Source of the DNA: Acaryochloris thomasi RCC1774
GTDB taxonomy: Bacteria; Cyanobacteriota; Cyanobacteriia; Thermosynechococcales; Thermosynechococcaceae
Direction of reading: 5' to 3'
Length of the DNA: 32,000 nt
Assembly: GCF_003231495.1 (NCBI RefSeq)
Contig: NZ_PQWO01000001.1
Coordinates: 450,001 to 482,000 of the forward strand
Below the pieces are notes generated by a model, which had not been told where the DNA came from, searched no databases, and saw only the letters and a program-made list of their open reading frames with translations. Both the position numbers and the translations under genes were made by a program. Position 1 is the stretch's first letter. Each line of letters opens with the position of its first letter. Of this stretch, positions 9,408-18,268 are shown in pieces.

Positions 9408-9555
9408 TGAGCGGCATTCTCACAACGACAGCCCAATCATACCCTTCTGTCTCCTGCGTCACCGATCAGACTGGCTTGAGAGATACTGTAAAATCAACGT
9501 CGGCATCTCCTCTCCTCGATTCACTTGAACGTTAGCAAGAGGCAATGACTTTTCA

Positions 9556-10119
9556 GTGAAGATTAGAAAGACGGCTCTACCGGGCGTACTCGTGATTGAA
9601 CCCCAGATCTACAAAGATTCGCGAGGTTTATTTTTCGAGTCTTATCACCAGGAGCGGTACCGTGAGGCGGGCTTGCGTGCATCTTTTGTACAGGACAATG
9701 TTTCTCATTCTGACAAAGGTGTGCTGCGAGGCCTGCATTATCAGCTTTTGCATCCTCAAGGCAAGCTGGTGAGCGTTGCTGCTGGCGAAGTGTTTGATGT
9801 CTGCGTTGATATTCGCCAGGGATCGCCCACCTTCGGTCGATGGTTCAGCCAAATCTTATCGGCTCAAAACCATTGGCAAATGTTTGTTCCCGCCGGCTTT
9901 GCCCACGGATTTTGCGTCACCAGCGAGACAGCGATGTTCACCTATAAGTGTACGAACTTCTATGCGCCCGGCGACGAGTACAGCATTCGCTGGGATGACC
10001 CAACCATTGGCATTGATTGGCCTCTTGATGTCCCCCTGCTGTCTGGCAAGGATGCCGAAGCTCCCTTGCTCCATGAAGCTAAGGCGCAGTTACCAAGCTG
10101 GAGGTCCAATGACACTTGA
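9556..10119 (+). CDS. rfbC: dTDP-4-dehydrorhamnose 3,5-epimerase
   Basis: LPGVLVIEPQIYKDSRGLFFESY, LRGLHYQ, GKLVSV..GEVFDVCVDIR and GFAHGF are canonical RmlC cupin blocks. The start is GTG. No rfbA, rfbB or rfbD lies next to it. Confidence 0.9.
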   Translation: MKIRKTALPGVLVIEPQIYKDSRGLFFESYHQERYREAGLRASFVQDNVSHSDKGVLRGLHYQLLHPQGKLVSVAAGEVFDVCVDIRQGSPTFGRWFSQILSAQNHWQMFVPAGFAHGFCVTSETAMFTYKCTNFYAPGDEYSIRWDDPTIGIDWPLDVPLLSGKDAEAPLLHEAKAQLPSWRSNDT

Positions 10120-10171
10120 ATTAGACCTGCAGCAAGAGGTACGGGTCTCTGGGGTTAACCAGTTGTCGATG

Positions 10172-10654
10172 CTACAGCATATAGTTCAGCTTGATATCGA
10201 TATTTTGCCCTGGGCCGGCGACAAACACGGCTGAGTCAGAGAAGGCGGGAGGGCCTGTCAAAATACGAGGATTGCGAGAAAAGCCAAACCCTTCGGTGGG
10301 AATACCAATGGGGTTCCGGTTGAGGGTGCCGTCGCCATTGGCATCATGGAACACCGCCACAGCGTAGCTGCCTGAGCTGAGGTTCTGAAAAGTGATTGTC
10401 GGTGTCTCTGCGTTGAGACATTGTGCTTGCATCGCCCCCGAGGTACTACTCGGAAAGTCCTTGGCTTTGGAATAAAGACTTAAGCAAAGCTGACCGCTCT
10501 GGCTGCGAAAGCCATTGACTCGAACCGTTAAGCTTGTACTAGATGCCGACGCTATCGGTAGCGATCCTGAGATGCAAAGAGCGCTGGTCAATAGGCAAGC
10601 ACGAACGACATGCCCAAACGGGTGGCACGATTGGCCCCACATAAACAACCTCAT
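10172..10654 (-). CDS. Secreted DUF2141-like protein
   Basis: A signal-peptide-like N-terminus is followed by SGSYAVAVFHDANGDGTLNRNPIGIPTEGFGFSRN, which matches my recollection of the DUF2141 core. The start is uncertain (ATG at 10654 or 10642, or GTG at 10696). Confidence 0.6.
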   Translation of the reverse strand: MRLFMWGQSCHPFGHVVRACLLTSALCISGSLPIASASSTSLTVRVNGFRSQSGQLCLSLYSKAKDFPSSTSGAMQAQCLNAETPTITFQNLSSGSYAVAVFHDANGDGTLNRNPIGIPTEGFGFSRNPRILTGPPAFSDSAVFVAGPGQNIDIKLNYML

Positions 10655-10765
10655 ACTTTGAAAAAACAACGACGAAGTGAAACATCCAAAGGCCACAACA
10701 TTAGACCCTTGGTATCGCTACCAATGATGCCCACATTAATCTAGAGCAATCTATTTATAAGATCA

Positions 10766-11482
10766 ATGAATAACAAGACATGGCTTCGGTGCATAAGTTC
10801 CCTACTGGCAAGCCTTTTGCTTTTTTCCGTGGGGATTCATGCGCCTGCTGCATCAGCGCAGTCCATGCTCTCTTCACAGCCTGTGACATCACAGATCTCA
10901 AAACCTCAGTTGTTCTGGGCTGTTCCCGCGTTCAGTCTGCAAGATCAAGATCAGCACACTCTGCGACAAAAAGATCTGTTGGGGCAGGTGTGGGTGGCTA
11001 GCTTCATCTACACGAGTTGTCCTGATGTCTGTCCTCTGATTACTCGGCAAATGGCGGCGCTGAGAGACGCGCTGGCGACCTCTAATTTGCTCGGAGATTC
11101 TGTGCGCTTGGTTTCTTTCTCGGTCGATCCTAGGCGAGACACCCCATCAGTGCTGCGCCGTTATGCTCAAGATTTTGATGCGGAGAACGTGCAGGAGTGG
11201 TCGTTCGTAACTGGGAAACCCGCTCAAATGCTCCAACTCTTAACAGAGGGGTTCCACCTAATTGTGGAGCCGAACGTCCAGGCTGTGTCAGGTGAGCAAT
11301 CCCAAACTCATAGTGCCGCAACGGACGAAATTGCCCACTCTAACCGGGCAATGGTAATTGACCGCTGCGGACAGGTGAGGGCGATTCATCCGGTATTGGA
11401 TCCCGAGCGCTTTCGCCAACTGGTGACGGATCTCAATTCTGTGGTGCAAGAAGCCAGCGATTGCGCGGCGACCGTTGGCTAA
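10766..11482 (+). CDS. SCO1/SenC-family copper chaperone (thioredoxin fold)
   Basis: It has a signal or anchor N-terminus and the CxxxC motif in SFIYTSCPDVCPLI. VSFSVDPRRDTP is typical of SCO proteins. Confidence 0.8.
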   Translation: MNNKTWLRCISSLLASLLLFSVGIHAPAASAQSMLSSQPVTSQISKPQLFWAVPAFSLQDQDQHTLRQKDLLGQVWVASFIYTSCPDVCPLITRQMAALRDALATSNLLGDSVRLVSFSVDPRRDTPSVLRRYAQDFDAENVQEWSFVTGKPAQMLQLLTEGFHLIVEPNVQAVSGEQSQTHSAATDEIAHSNRAMVIDRCGQVRAIHPVLDPERFRQLVTDLNSVVQEASDCAATVG

Positions 11483-11530
11483 GGGGGGGCCAATTCCCAG
11501 TAAGATAAGGGCGAGTTATCTAGAGTGGCT

Positions 11531-12622
11531 ATGACCCAACAGTACCGAATTACACTGCTTCCTGGCGATGGCATTGGACCTGAAATAATTGCGATCGCAA
11601 CCCAGTCCCTTAAGACAGTGGGTGCTCAACTCGATCTCACCTTTGAGTTCCAAGAAGCCCTGATTGGCGGAGCCGCCATTGAGGCCACAGGCAACCCACT
11701 CCCCGAAGAAACGCTACAAACCTGCCGAGATAGCGACGCAGTTCTCCTTGCGGCCATCGGTGGCTACAAGTGGGATTCACTACCGCGCAACCTCCGCCCT
11801 GAAACGGGCCTGCTGGGTCTGAGAGCGGGGCTAGAGCTGTTTGCTAACCTGCGACCCGCCCAGATACTGCCGCAGCTCATTGACGCCTCCAGTCTCAAGC
11901 GAGAACTAGTAGAAGGCGTCGATATCATGGTGGTGCGGGAGCTGACGGGTGGAGCCTACTTCGGTCAGCCCAAGGGTATATTCGAAACGGAAACCGGCGT
12001 CAAGCGGGGCGTCAACACGATTGCTTACACCGAACCCGAAATTGATCGCATTGGTCGAGTCGCCTTCGAAACTGCGCAAAAACGCGGTGGCAGACTCTGT
12101 TCAGTGGATAAGGCAAACGTACTAGAAGTGTCGCAGCTGTGGCGAGATCGCATCTCCGCCCTCGCCGAAGACTATCCCGACGTAGAGCTGTCTCACCTAT
12201 ACGTCGATAACGCCGCAATGCAGCTTGTGCGCGCCCCCAAACAGTTCGACACCATCGTCACTAGCAACCTATTTGGTGACATCCTCTCAGACATTGCCGC
12301 CATGCTCACCGGCAGCATTGGCATGTTGCCTTCTGCCAGCCTCGGAGCCTCCGGTCCCGGTGTCTTTGAACCTGTTCATGGTTCTGCCCCAGACATTGCT
12401 GGTCAAGACTTAGCAAATCCCCTAGCTCAAGTCCTGAGCGCCGCGATGATGCTTCGATACGGCCTCAATCAGCCCACCGCTGCCGATCGGCTTGAGCAGG
12501 CCGTGCTAGGAGTTCTAGAGCAGGGCTATCGCACAGGCGACATTCAGTCCCCCGGTACAACTTTGGTGGGATGCAAGGAAATGGGAGATGCACTCATGCA
12601 GCAACTCGATTCAATCGCTTGA
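11531..12622 (+). CDS. leuB: 3-isopropylmalate dehydrogenase
   Basis: [37 protein letters not shown] and NLFGDILSD are canonical LeuB blocks. Confidence 0.95.
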   Translation: MTQQYRITLLPGDGIGPEIIAIATQSLKTVGAQLDLTFEFQEALIGGAAIEATGNPLPEETLQTCRDSDAVLLAAIGGYKWDSLPRNLRPETGLLGLRAGLELFANLRPAQILPQLIDASSLKRELVEGVDIMVVRELTGGAYFGQPKGIFETETGVKRGVNTIAYTEPEIDRIGRVAFETAQKRGGRLCSVDKANVLEVSQLWRDRISALAEDYPDVELSHLYVDNAAMQLVRAPKQFDTIVTSNLFGDILSDIAAMLTGSIGMLPSASLGASGPGVFEPVHGSAPDIAGQDLANPLAQVLSAAMMLRYGLNQPTAADRLEQAVLGVLEQGYRTGDIQSPGTTLVGCKEMGDALMQQLDSIA

Positions 12623-12710
12623 CCGACAGAATCAATCCTGTTCAGATCTTGCCGGCCCTACGGAAATCGCAAAAACATGGCGCTCGAAAATTTATGGAAC
12701 AATGTGCTAT

Positions 12711-12737
12711 CTCCCCCAGAATTGGGGGCCGGGGGAG
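12711..12737. repeat. C5/G5 hairpin repeat, copy 1 (inverted relative to copy 2 at 22851-22886)
   Basis: In CTCCCCCagaattGGGGGccGGGGGAG, the C-run can pair with either G-run. It lies in the convergent spacer between leuB and the CPBP gene. Confidence 0.5.
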
Positions 12738-12793
12738 CCAATGCAGAGCGTGGATGCTTTATTTATGCAAACCCACTTTAGAAACCCCATCCA

Positions 12794-13402
12794 TCAAGAA
12801 AAGTTCGCCAGCAAAGACAAAGACCCCAAAATAGAGTGACTAATCATCACGCCGTAGATATTCCGATCCTTCTCGTAAGCCCACCCCCAGAACAGGCCAA
12901 TCAGAAAGGTGAAAAACACTGCTGGAATATCAAAGATAATATGCATAAATCCATACAGAGCCGAGGAAACCACGATCGTCCAAACTTTGCTAACGTGGGC
13001 TTTCTTCAGCAGATGAAATAAAAATCCTCTGTAGACAAACTCCTGAAGCGACGCCGAGACAAAGATATAAAAAATATAGAACGACCAGTGAGCCGATGGG
13101 CTATCCGATCTAAACAGCCTCAGAAAATAAAGAGCTAAGATAACAACCGCCACCAGAACGCTGACAGGTACAACCCTAGTGAGGGCAGGCTTTAAATTCC
13201 TGCGGGTAAAGCCGAAGCTGCTGAGAGAAGCGCCATTAACCATGCCATAGAGCAACAGTAAGGCACTCATCCCAATGAGAACGTGGTACTTGAACTCAGA
13301 GGGAATGATATCCACCAGCATCAGTACAATTGGTGCGATATATACGACCAGGACAACTGCAACGAGCTGGAGGAACGACTTCGATTGATAGTTTGGCGTC
13401 AT
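12794..13402 (-). CDS. CPBP-family (CAAX-type) intramembrane metalloprotease
   Basis: The protein is polytopic and hydrophobic, with the EE-motif analogue (LQEFVYRGFLF), FxxxH (LYGFMHI) and a second His motif (ISHSILG). An alternative ATG at 13507 would overlap the upstream M16 gene by 53 nt. Confidence 0.75.
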   Translation of the reverse strand: MTPNYQSKSFLQLVAVVLVVYIAPIVLMLVDIIPSEFKYHVLIGMSALLLLYGMVNGASLSSFGFTRRNLKPALTRVVPVSVLVAVVILALYFLRLFRSDSPSAHWSFYIFYIFVSASLQEFVYRGFLFHLLKKAHVSKVWTIVVSSALYGFMHIIFDIPAVFFTFLIGLFWGWAYEKDRNIYGVMISHSILGSLSLLANFS

Positions 13403-13454
13403 GAGAGATTTTTGAGCCAGCGCGACCAGGCCAATCAACGCTAGCTCTTGTCTT

Positions 13455-14966
13455 CTACGAAACCGGAGGGACTGGTATCGCTGCCGGTGGAGGCGGAATT
13501 GTGACATCTACCGACGTCACCGGCCCCAGCTCTTCGAGTGCAGGCTGCACTGCTTTGGCATTGCCCACCACAATTGTGACGAGCTGATCGGGCTGTAGAT
13601 GCCTTTGCGCCGCCGCCTGGACCTTCTCGGCTGTCATCTCTTTCACAGCGTTTTGATATCGAAAAATATAGTCTTCCGGGTAGCCATAGTACTCATATCG
13701 CATTAGGCGAGTGAGTGTATCAGAAGGGTCATCAAAATTGAAGACAAAGGAGTTGAGAATGGCATCCTTCGCCCGCTGAATTTCTGTCTCCGTGAGGGGT
13801 GCTTGGCGCACCTTATTCAGTTCCGCTTTGACTGCTTTAATAAAAGCTGCCGTCGTCTCAGAGCGTGTTTGCCCTCCTGAGACAAACAAGCCTGGATAGT
13901 CGTACCTAGCGCTCCAAACCGCGAAGACCGAATAAGCTAAACCTTGACGCGATCTCACCTCATTAAATAACCTTCCGCCGAAGCTATTGAGCGCTTCATT
14001 CATCACGAACAGCGCAAAAATATCAGGGTCATCCAACTGCCCGCCGACATGACCAATCTGCACCGTGCTTTGCGTGAGCTGTGGCTGATCCACCAAAAAA
14101 ATTCCAGAGGCTTTTGCCTGAGATGCTCCTGGCGCTTCAGGCACAACGGCACCCGGCTTCATTGGCCAGTCTCCGAACTTAGCCTTGATCAGCTCCAGCA
14201 TTGCAGCCGAATCAAAGTCACCTACCACCCCTAAAATCATGCAGTTGGGATGAAAGTATTGCTTATAGAAATCCAGCACATCATCACGTTCAATGTTCGC
14301 AAGCGTGCTGTACTCCTGAATCCGAGCATAGGGACTCTCATCGCCGTACATCAGTTTGCGAAACTCTCGTCCCCCAATCGAGTCAGGAGAATCATTGCGG
14401 CGGGCAATGCCACCGGCTCGTTGTTTTTTCGCAAAGTCAACTTTTTCTTGGGCAAAGGCTGGCTCTCGCAAAACCTCAGCGAATAAACCAAATACGTCTG
14501 TTAGATCTTCGCTCAAGGTTGAAAAACTAGCGTTGCTAAAGGCCTTGTCAATACTGACTTCCACCGATGCTGCCCGCTGCTCTAGCATCTGATTGAGCGT
14601 GTCAGAGTCATGGGTTTGCGTTCCCCCTGTCCGCATGACTTCGCCCACGATGCTGGCAAGACCGGTTTGTTCGCTTGGTTCTAAGCGTTCGCCAGTACGA
14701 GTCATCAATCGACCACTGACGAGGGGAAGTTCGTGATCTTCCATGAGATAAACAATCATGCCATTGTCTAGCTCGACCCGCTGATAATCTGGGAGTTGAA
14801 TCTCAGGTAACTCAGAAAAAGTGAGGTCGGTATAGTGCTTTGGCGTCACTTTTGCTGCTGCCGGACTGGTGAAAAAGGACAGGCCCAGTAACAATAACGG
14901 GATCGTCAGAAAAGCTAGGACTCTCTTCAGCAATTTGGGCCTCAATGGCTTACGGTAGTTCATCAA
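13455..14966 (-). CDS. M16-family peptidase, probably the non-catalytic subunit
   Basis: It has a signal peptide and the M16 fold blocks. The position of the zinc motif reads GLASIVGEVMRTG, so the HxxEH motif is lost. Confidence 0.85.
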   Translation of the reverse strand: MMNYRKPLRPKLLKRVLAFLTIPLLLLGLSFFTSPAAAKVTPKHYTDLTFSELPEIQLPDYQRVELDNGMIVYLMEDHELPLVSGRLMTRTGERLEPSEQTGLASIVGEVMRTGGTQTHDSDTLNQMLEQRAASVEVSIDKAFSNASFSTLSEDLTDVFGLFAEVLREPAFAQEKVDFAKKQRAGGIARRNDSPDSIGGREFRKLMYGDESPYARIQEYSTLANIERDDVLDFYKQYFHPNCMILGVVGDFDSAAMLELIKAKFGDWPMKPGAVVPEAPGASQAKASGIFLVDQPQLTQSTVQIGHVGGQLDDPDIFALFVMNEALNSFGGRLFNEVRSRQGLAYSVFAVWSARYDYPGLFVSGGQTRSETTAAFIKAVKAELNKVRQAPLTETEIQRAKDAILNSFVFNFDDPSDTLTRLMRYEYYGYPEDYIFRYQNAVKEMTAEKVQAAAQRHLQPDQLVTIVVGNAKAVQPALEELGPVTSVDVTIPPPPAAIPVPPVS

Positions 14967-14984
14967 TAATCTATCGCATCGAAG

Positions 14985-16649
14985 TTACTTAGTCGGTTGA
15001 TTCGGGCTTGGAATCTCGCCTTGAACGGTCTCGCCTTTATCGCCTTCTTTCTGCGTCTCATCACTTTTTGCTTGAGGCTTCTGGGCAGTAGAAAGCAAGC
15101 GGCCTACAGTACGATTCTCGGGCGTAAAGGTTGCCTGGGCCACGCGTTGAACATCTTCGGTTGTGACAGCGGCAATCTTATCTAGCTCTGCAAACAGGTT
15201 CTGCCAGCTACCCGTCTTCACTTCGTAAGAGGTTAAAAGACTTGCCATGCCGCCATTTGACCGTAGCGATCGCAACAGGCCAGCTCTCGCTTGCGTTTTC
15301 ACCCGCTCTAGTTCTGCTGCTGTCACCTGCTCTGTCTTCAATCGATTGATTTCTTGCTCTAGAGCTGTGCCGACGTCATCCACTGTATGTCCAGGGGCCG
15401 TCAGAGCATAAAACAACATTAGGTTTGGATACTTATCATTAGGGAAACTACCGCCACCCTGGGCACTCAGGGCCACCTGCTGGGTCTCAACCAAAGACTT
15501 GTAGAGACGAGAGGTTCGGCCACGACTGAGCAGGCTGCCGATCATGTCGTAGACCGCATTGTCAGGGTCCGTAATGTCAGGGCGATGAAAGCCTTCTAGG
15601 TACCAAGGCTGAGTATCTAAGTATCGAGTGACGGAGCGAGGTTCCGTTTGTTTTGGCTCTACTGTGGTTACCCTCGGTGGCTTAGCTTTGGCCGTATATT
15701 GACCAAAATAAGCTTTTGCCAAACGCTTCACCTGCTTAGGCTTTACGTCACCGACAATGGCAATGGTCAAGTTGCTAGGACCGTAGTGGGTGTCGTAGAA
15801 GTCCTGGACGTTTTGCCGTGTGAGAGTGCGCAGATCCTTCGCGTAGCCAATGACGGGGCGACGATAGGGATGAGTGGTAAATGCCGTATCTAGAAATGCC
15901 TCGATCATTTGACCGATGGGTGAGTTGTCCGTTCGCAACCGCCGCTCTTCGAGAATCACTTCTTTCTCTTTATAAAACTCTCGAAACACCGGCTGCAAAA
16001 AACGCTCAGACTCCATCGACATCCATAGCTCTAGCTTGTTCGAAGGCAGGCTATAGAAGTAGCGGGTCGCGTCTGAAGAGGTGGTGGCATTTAGGCCAAC
16101 GCCGCCAAATTGATTGACCAACTGACCCATCTCATTCTGCTTAACATAGCCAGCAGCCTGTTCAGAAACCTGATTAAATTCAGCTTGTAACTGTGCTGCG
16201 GTTTCAGTCTCGCCCTTTGCTTTAGCAACCTGAATTTGATCAAAGAGCTGATCGAGTTTCTCAAGGAGAGGCTTCTCTGCAGTATAGTCAGTTGTCCCAA
16301 TCCGTTCGGTGCCTTTAAATGCTAGGTGCTCAAGGTAATGAGCGACTCCTGTTTGGCCATCGGGTTCGTCGACCCCACCGACATCGGCATAGGTATGAAA
16401 CGCAATAGTCGGAGACTGGTGGCGTTCTAGAACGATAAACTTCAAGCCGTTTTCCAGAGTGAATTCAGTGATGCCCTTAGAAAAACGTTCAAGGTAAGGC
16501 TGAATCGACTGTTCTGGCTGTTGGGCGCTAGGCAATGTCTCTCTGGCCCAGACGGGTTGTGCAAGCGACGTAATACCGATGAGCACGAGTGCCAATGTGG
16601 TTGCGATGGCTGAAAACCGGCTGGAGACCATCGCGTTCTGTTCTCGCAC
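14985..16649 (-). CDS. M16-family zinc peptidase (pitrilysin/insulinase type), catalytic subunit
   Basis: The HxxEH zinc motif is intact in GVAHYLEHLAFKG. The GTG start at 16649 is preceded by a strong AAGGAGG with 6-nt spacing. A signal peptide is present. Confidence 0.9.
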   Translation of the reverse strand: MREQNAMVSSRFSAIATTLALVLIGITSLAQPVWARETLPSAQQPEQSIQPYLERFSKGITEFTLENGLKFIVLERHQSPTIAFHTYADVGGVDEPDGQTGVAHYLEHLAFKGTERIGTTDYTAEKPLLEKLDQLFDQIQVAKAKGETETAAQLQAEFNQVSEQAAGYVKQNEMGQLVNQFGGVGLNATTSSDATRYFYSLPSNKLELWMSMESERFLQPVFREFYKEKEVILEERRLRTDNSPIGQMIEAFLDTAFTTHPYRRPVIGYAKDLRTLTRQNVQDFYDTHYGPSNLTIAIVGDVKPKQVKRLAKAYFGQYTAKAKPPRVTTVEPKQTEPRSVTRYLDTQPWYLEGFHRPDITDPDNAVYDMIGSLLSRGRTSRLYKSLVETQQVALSAQGGGSFPNDKYPNLMLFYALTAPGHTVDDVGTALEQEINRLKTEQVTAAELERVKTQARAGLLRSLRSNGGMASLLTSYEVKTGSWQNLFAELDKIAAVTTEDVQRVAQATFTPENRTVGRLLSTAQKPQAKSDETQKEGDKGETVQGEIPSPNQPTK

Positions 16650-16687
16650 CCTTTACCTCCTTAATCACTTTGTTGATATTGAAGATC

Positions 16688-17950
16688 CTACTGTGTTTTC
16701 TCTAGAATCGGGTCAAAGCCCTTGCGTTCCAGGAGTTGAATCCGATCATCCGCTTCTCCTTGGGTTTTAAACGATCCCACCTGCAGCACTGATTGTCCTC
16801 GATAGGATGACCGAAACGCATCAGGGACAAGCTTGAGGATTTTGCGGCGGTCCTTATCGCGACGGGGGGTAACCACAACTCGATAGCGCGGTCCCCATAG
16901 AATTGAAGAAGCTGGCGGCGGCGGTGGAAGGACTGTTGCGACGCGTCGATTGCCGCTGGCATTACCCAACGGTGCGCTGCTGCCGGGAACCGGCAAAAGC
17001 CCTGCACTACTCACCGCCGTCTGAGGAATCGTGCGGGCGATCGGTGCTTGACGTCTCTCCTCTTTCACGTAAAACACATCGAGATCGCGATCTTCTAGCC
17101 TTCGCTTGAGTCGGACTGCTGTTTTCTTCTCATCCAGTAGACCCACCTGCATAACAGAGCGGCCCTCATAGGATGAGCGAAAGGCATCCGGGACTAAGCG
17201 TCGCACCAGAGCCTGCTCTTGGGAATCGCGGGTTTTTACCATGATCCGATAGACCGAGTCTGACCGGCTCGGTCCTATAGAGAGAGGGCGCGATCTGGAA
17301 GATGACGCTTGAATCAAACGCCCAGAGCCGCTTGGGCGAGGAAGACGGCTTGAACGCTTGGATGAAGAAGATCTGGCCTTGGCAACGTTGGCAACAGGTG
17401 CAGAATCAAAGGGCTGGTCCGTTGTGAGATAGATATGCCCCAACATCTTTCCGTCGTAGGTTCGCTTCGTCAATCGCCACCCTGAATGGAGATGGATCTT
17501 GAGAAAGCCTGGCTCCACTCCACGGGTTCGACCCATTTCTACTGTCTCTCCCGGCTGACCCACACTAGGAATCCCCAGCAGAACCACGTCATCTTGTTGC
17601 TTTTGAACGCTGAGCCGATACTTAAGACCTAAATCTTGACCAGACTGACGCATGGAATACCCGTTGCTATCAGTACTCCGTCCGCAAATACCAGAGAAGT
17701 CAAAATTCAACAGTAAAGGTTCAATTTGGGTAGGGGATGAACCACTTTCTTGCCAGCAGTCTTTGCTGCTAGACAACTGCTCGATTAATAGCAAGCTGTA
17801 GTAGTCATCCTGGCGAGGAACGGCAACAACCACAAACTCGCCTTGGCTGACTTCTTGCTGCCCAAATGTTGCCGCTAAGGCGGTAGGGGCGATCATCCAA
17901 GATGTGGCTGTCAGCGTCAACAGCCATCCAACAGACTTCAAGTCATTCAT
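16688..17950 (-). CDS. Secreted protein with an N-terminal DUF3747-like domain and two C-terminal SPOR-like repeats
   Basis: After the signal peptide comes LLLIEQLSSSKDCWQESG..LLLNFDFSGICGRSTDSNGYSMR (DUF3747 from memory). A Ser/Arg/Pro-rich linker follows, then two copies of a module of about 62 aa: YR[IV].V...D......LVPDAFRSSY.G.SV.QVG. Confidence 0.6.
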   Translation of the reverse strand: MNDLKSVGWLLTLTATSWMIAPTALAATFGQQEVSQGEFVVVAVPRQDDYYSLLLIEQLSSSKDCWQESGSSPTQIEPLLLNFDFSGICGRSTDSNGYSMRQSGQDLGLKYRLSVQKQQDDVVLLGIPSVGQPGETVEMGRTRGVEPGFLKIHLHSGWRLTKRTYDGKMLGHIYLTTDQPFDSAPVANVAKARSSSSKRSSRLPRPSGSGRLIQASSSRSRPLSIGPSRSDSVYRIMVKTRDSQEQALVRRLVPDAFRSSYEGRSVMQVGLLDEKKTAVRLKRRLEDRDLDVFYVKEERRQAPIARTIPQTAVSSAGLLPVPGSSAPLGNASGNRRVATVLPPPPPASSILWGPRYRVVVTPRRDKDRRKILKLVPDAFRSSYRGQSVLQVGSFKTQGEADDRIQLLERKGFDPILEKTQ

Positions 17951-18131
17951 GAACCCTTCCTGTGTGCCCCCTTGTTCAATGGATTTAATGGTACTAGCGA
18001 AGCCTTACCACTTTAAATATCTTGCAAATTAGCAATAACCTATCTCATAACAACAGATATCCAAAGAACATGATGCACCTGTGGAGTCTCTGCACAATCT
18101 TGGCCTTATCCGGTGTTATGGCAGTACATAT

Positions 18132-18268
18132 ATTGATTAGGACATAACAATGGCTGAGACCCATCTGTACTAAGGAAGGGCTGTCCTCACTCAGCCGGGT
18201 AATGCTATAACTGTCAACTTAGATCAGCGATGATCTGTCTACCCCAAATTGTTGGTTCTTTAATGTTG
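18132..18268. other. Candidate non-coding element, copy A (paralogue of 26511-26640)
   Basis: A gapless alignment with 26511-26591 gives 52 of 81 identities in three conserved blocks. The hairpin is GGCTG (18179-18183) / CAGCC (18192-18196) with loop TCCTCACT. A second hairpin is AGATCA-GCGA-TGATCT (18221-18236). Orientation and transcription are unknown. Confidence 0.3.

Noticed and set aside
12571-12839. Two overlapping plus-strand ORFs (87 and 83 aa) spanning the leuB 3' end and the leuB-CPBP spacer
   Set aside because: They overlap leuB and the CPBP gene and run through the C/G-run hairpin repeat. Neither has a recognisable motif. They are most likely frame noise.
16702-17007. Out-of-frame and antisense ORFs of 60-170 aa embedded in annotated genes (for example 16702-17007, 9776-10234, 4010-4327, 8003-8292, 14201-14530, 28823-29151)
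   Set aside because: All lie entirely within longer ORFs that carry clear family signatures, and none has a motif of its own. This is typical of shadow ORFs in moderately GC-rich DNA.
18184-18193. Calling element A a bona fide Yfr1 gene
   Set aside because: The Yfr1 core as I recall it is ACUCCUCACAC and lies unpaired between two stem-loops. Here the motif is GUCCUCACUC inside a hairpin loop, and copy B has UCCUAACU. The resemblance is only partial, so I report it as Yfr1-like logic and not as an annotation.
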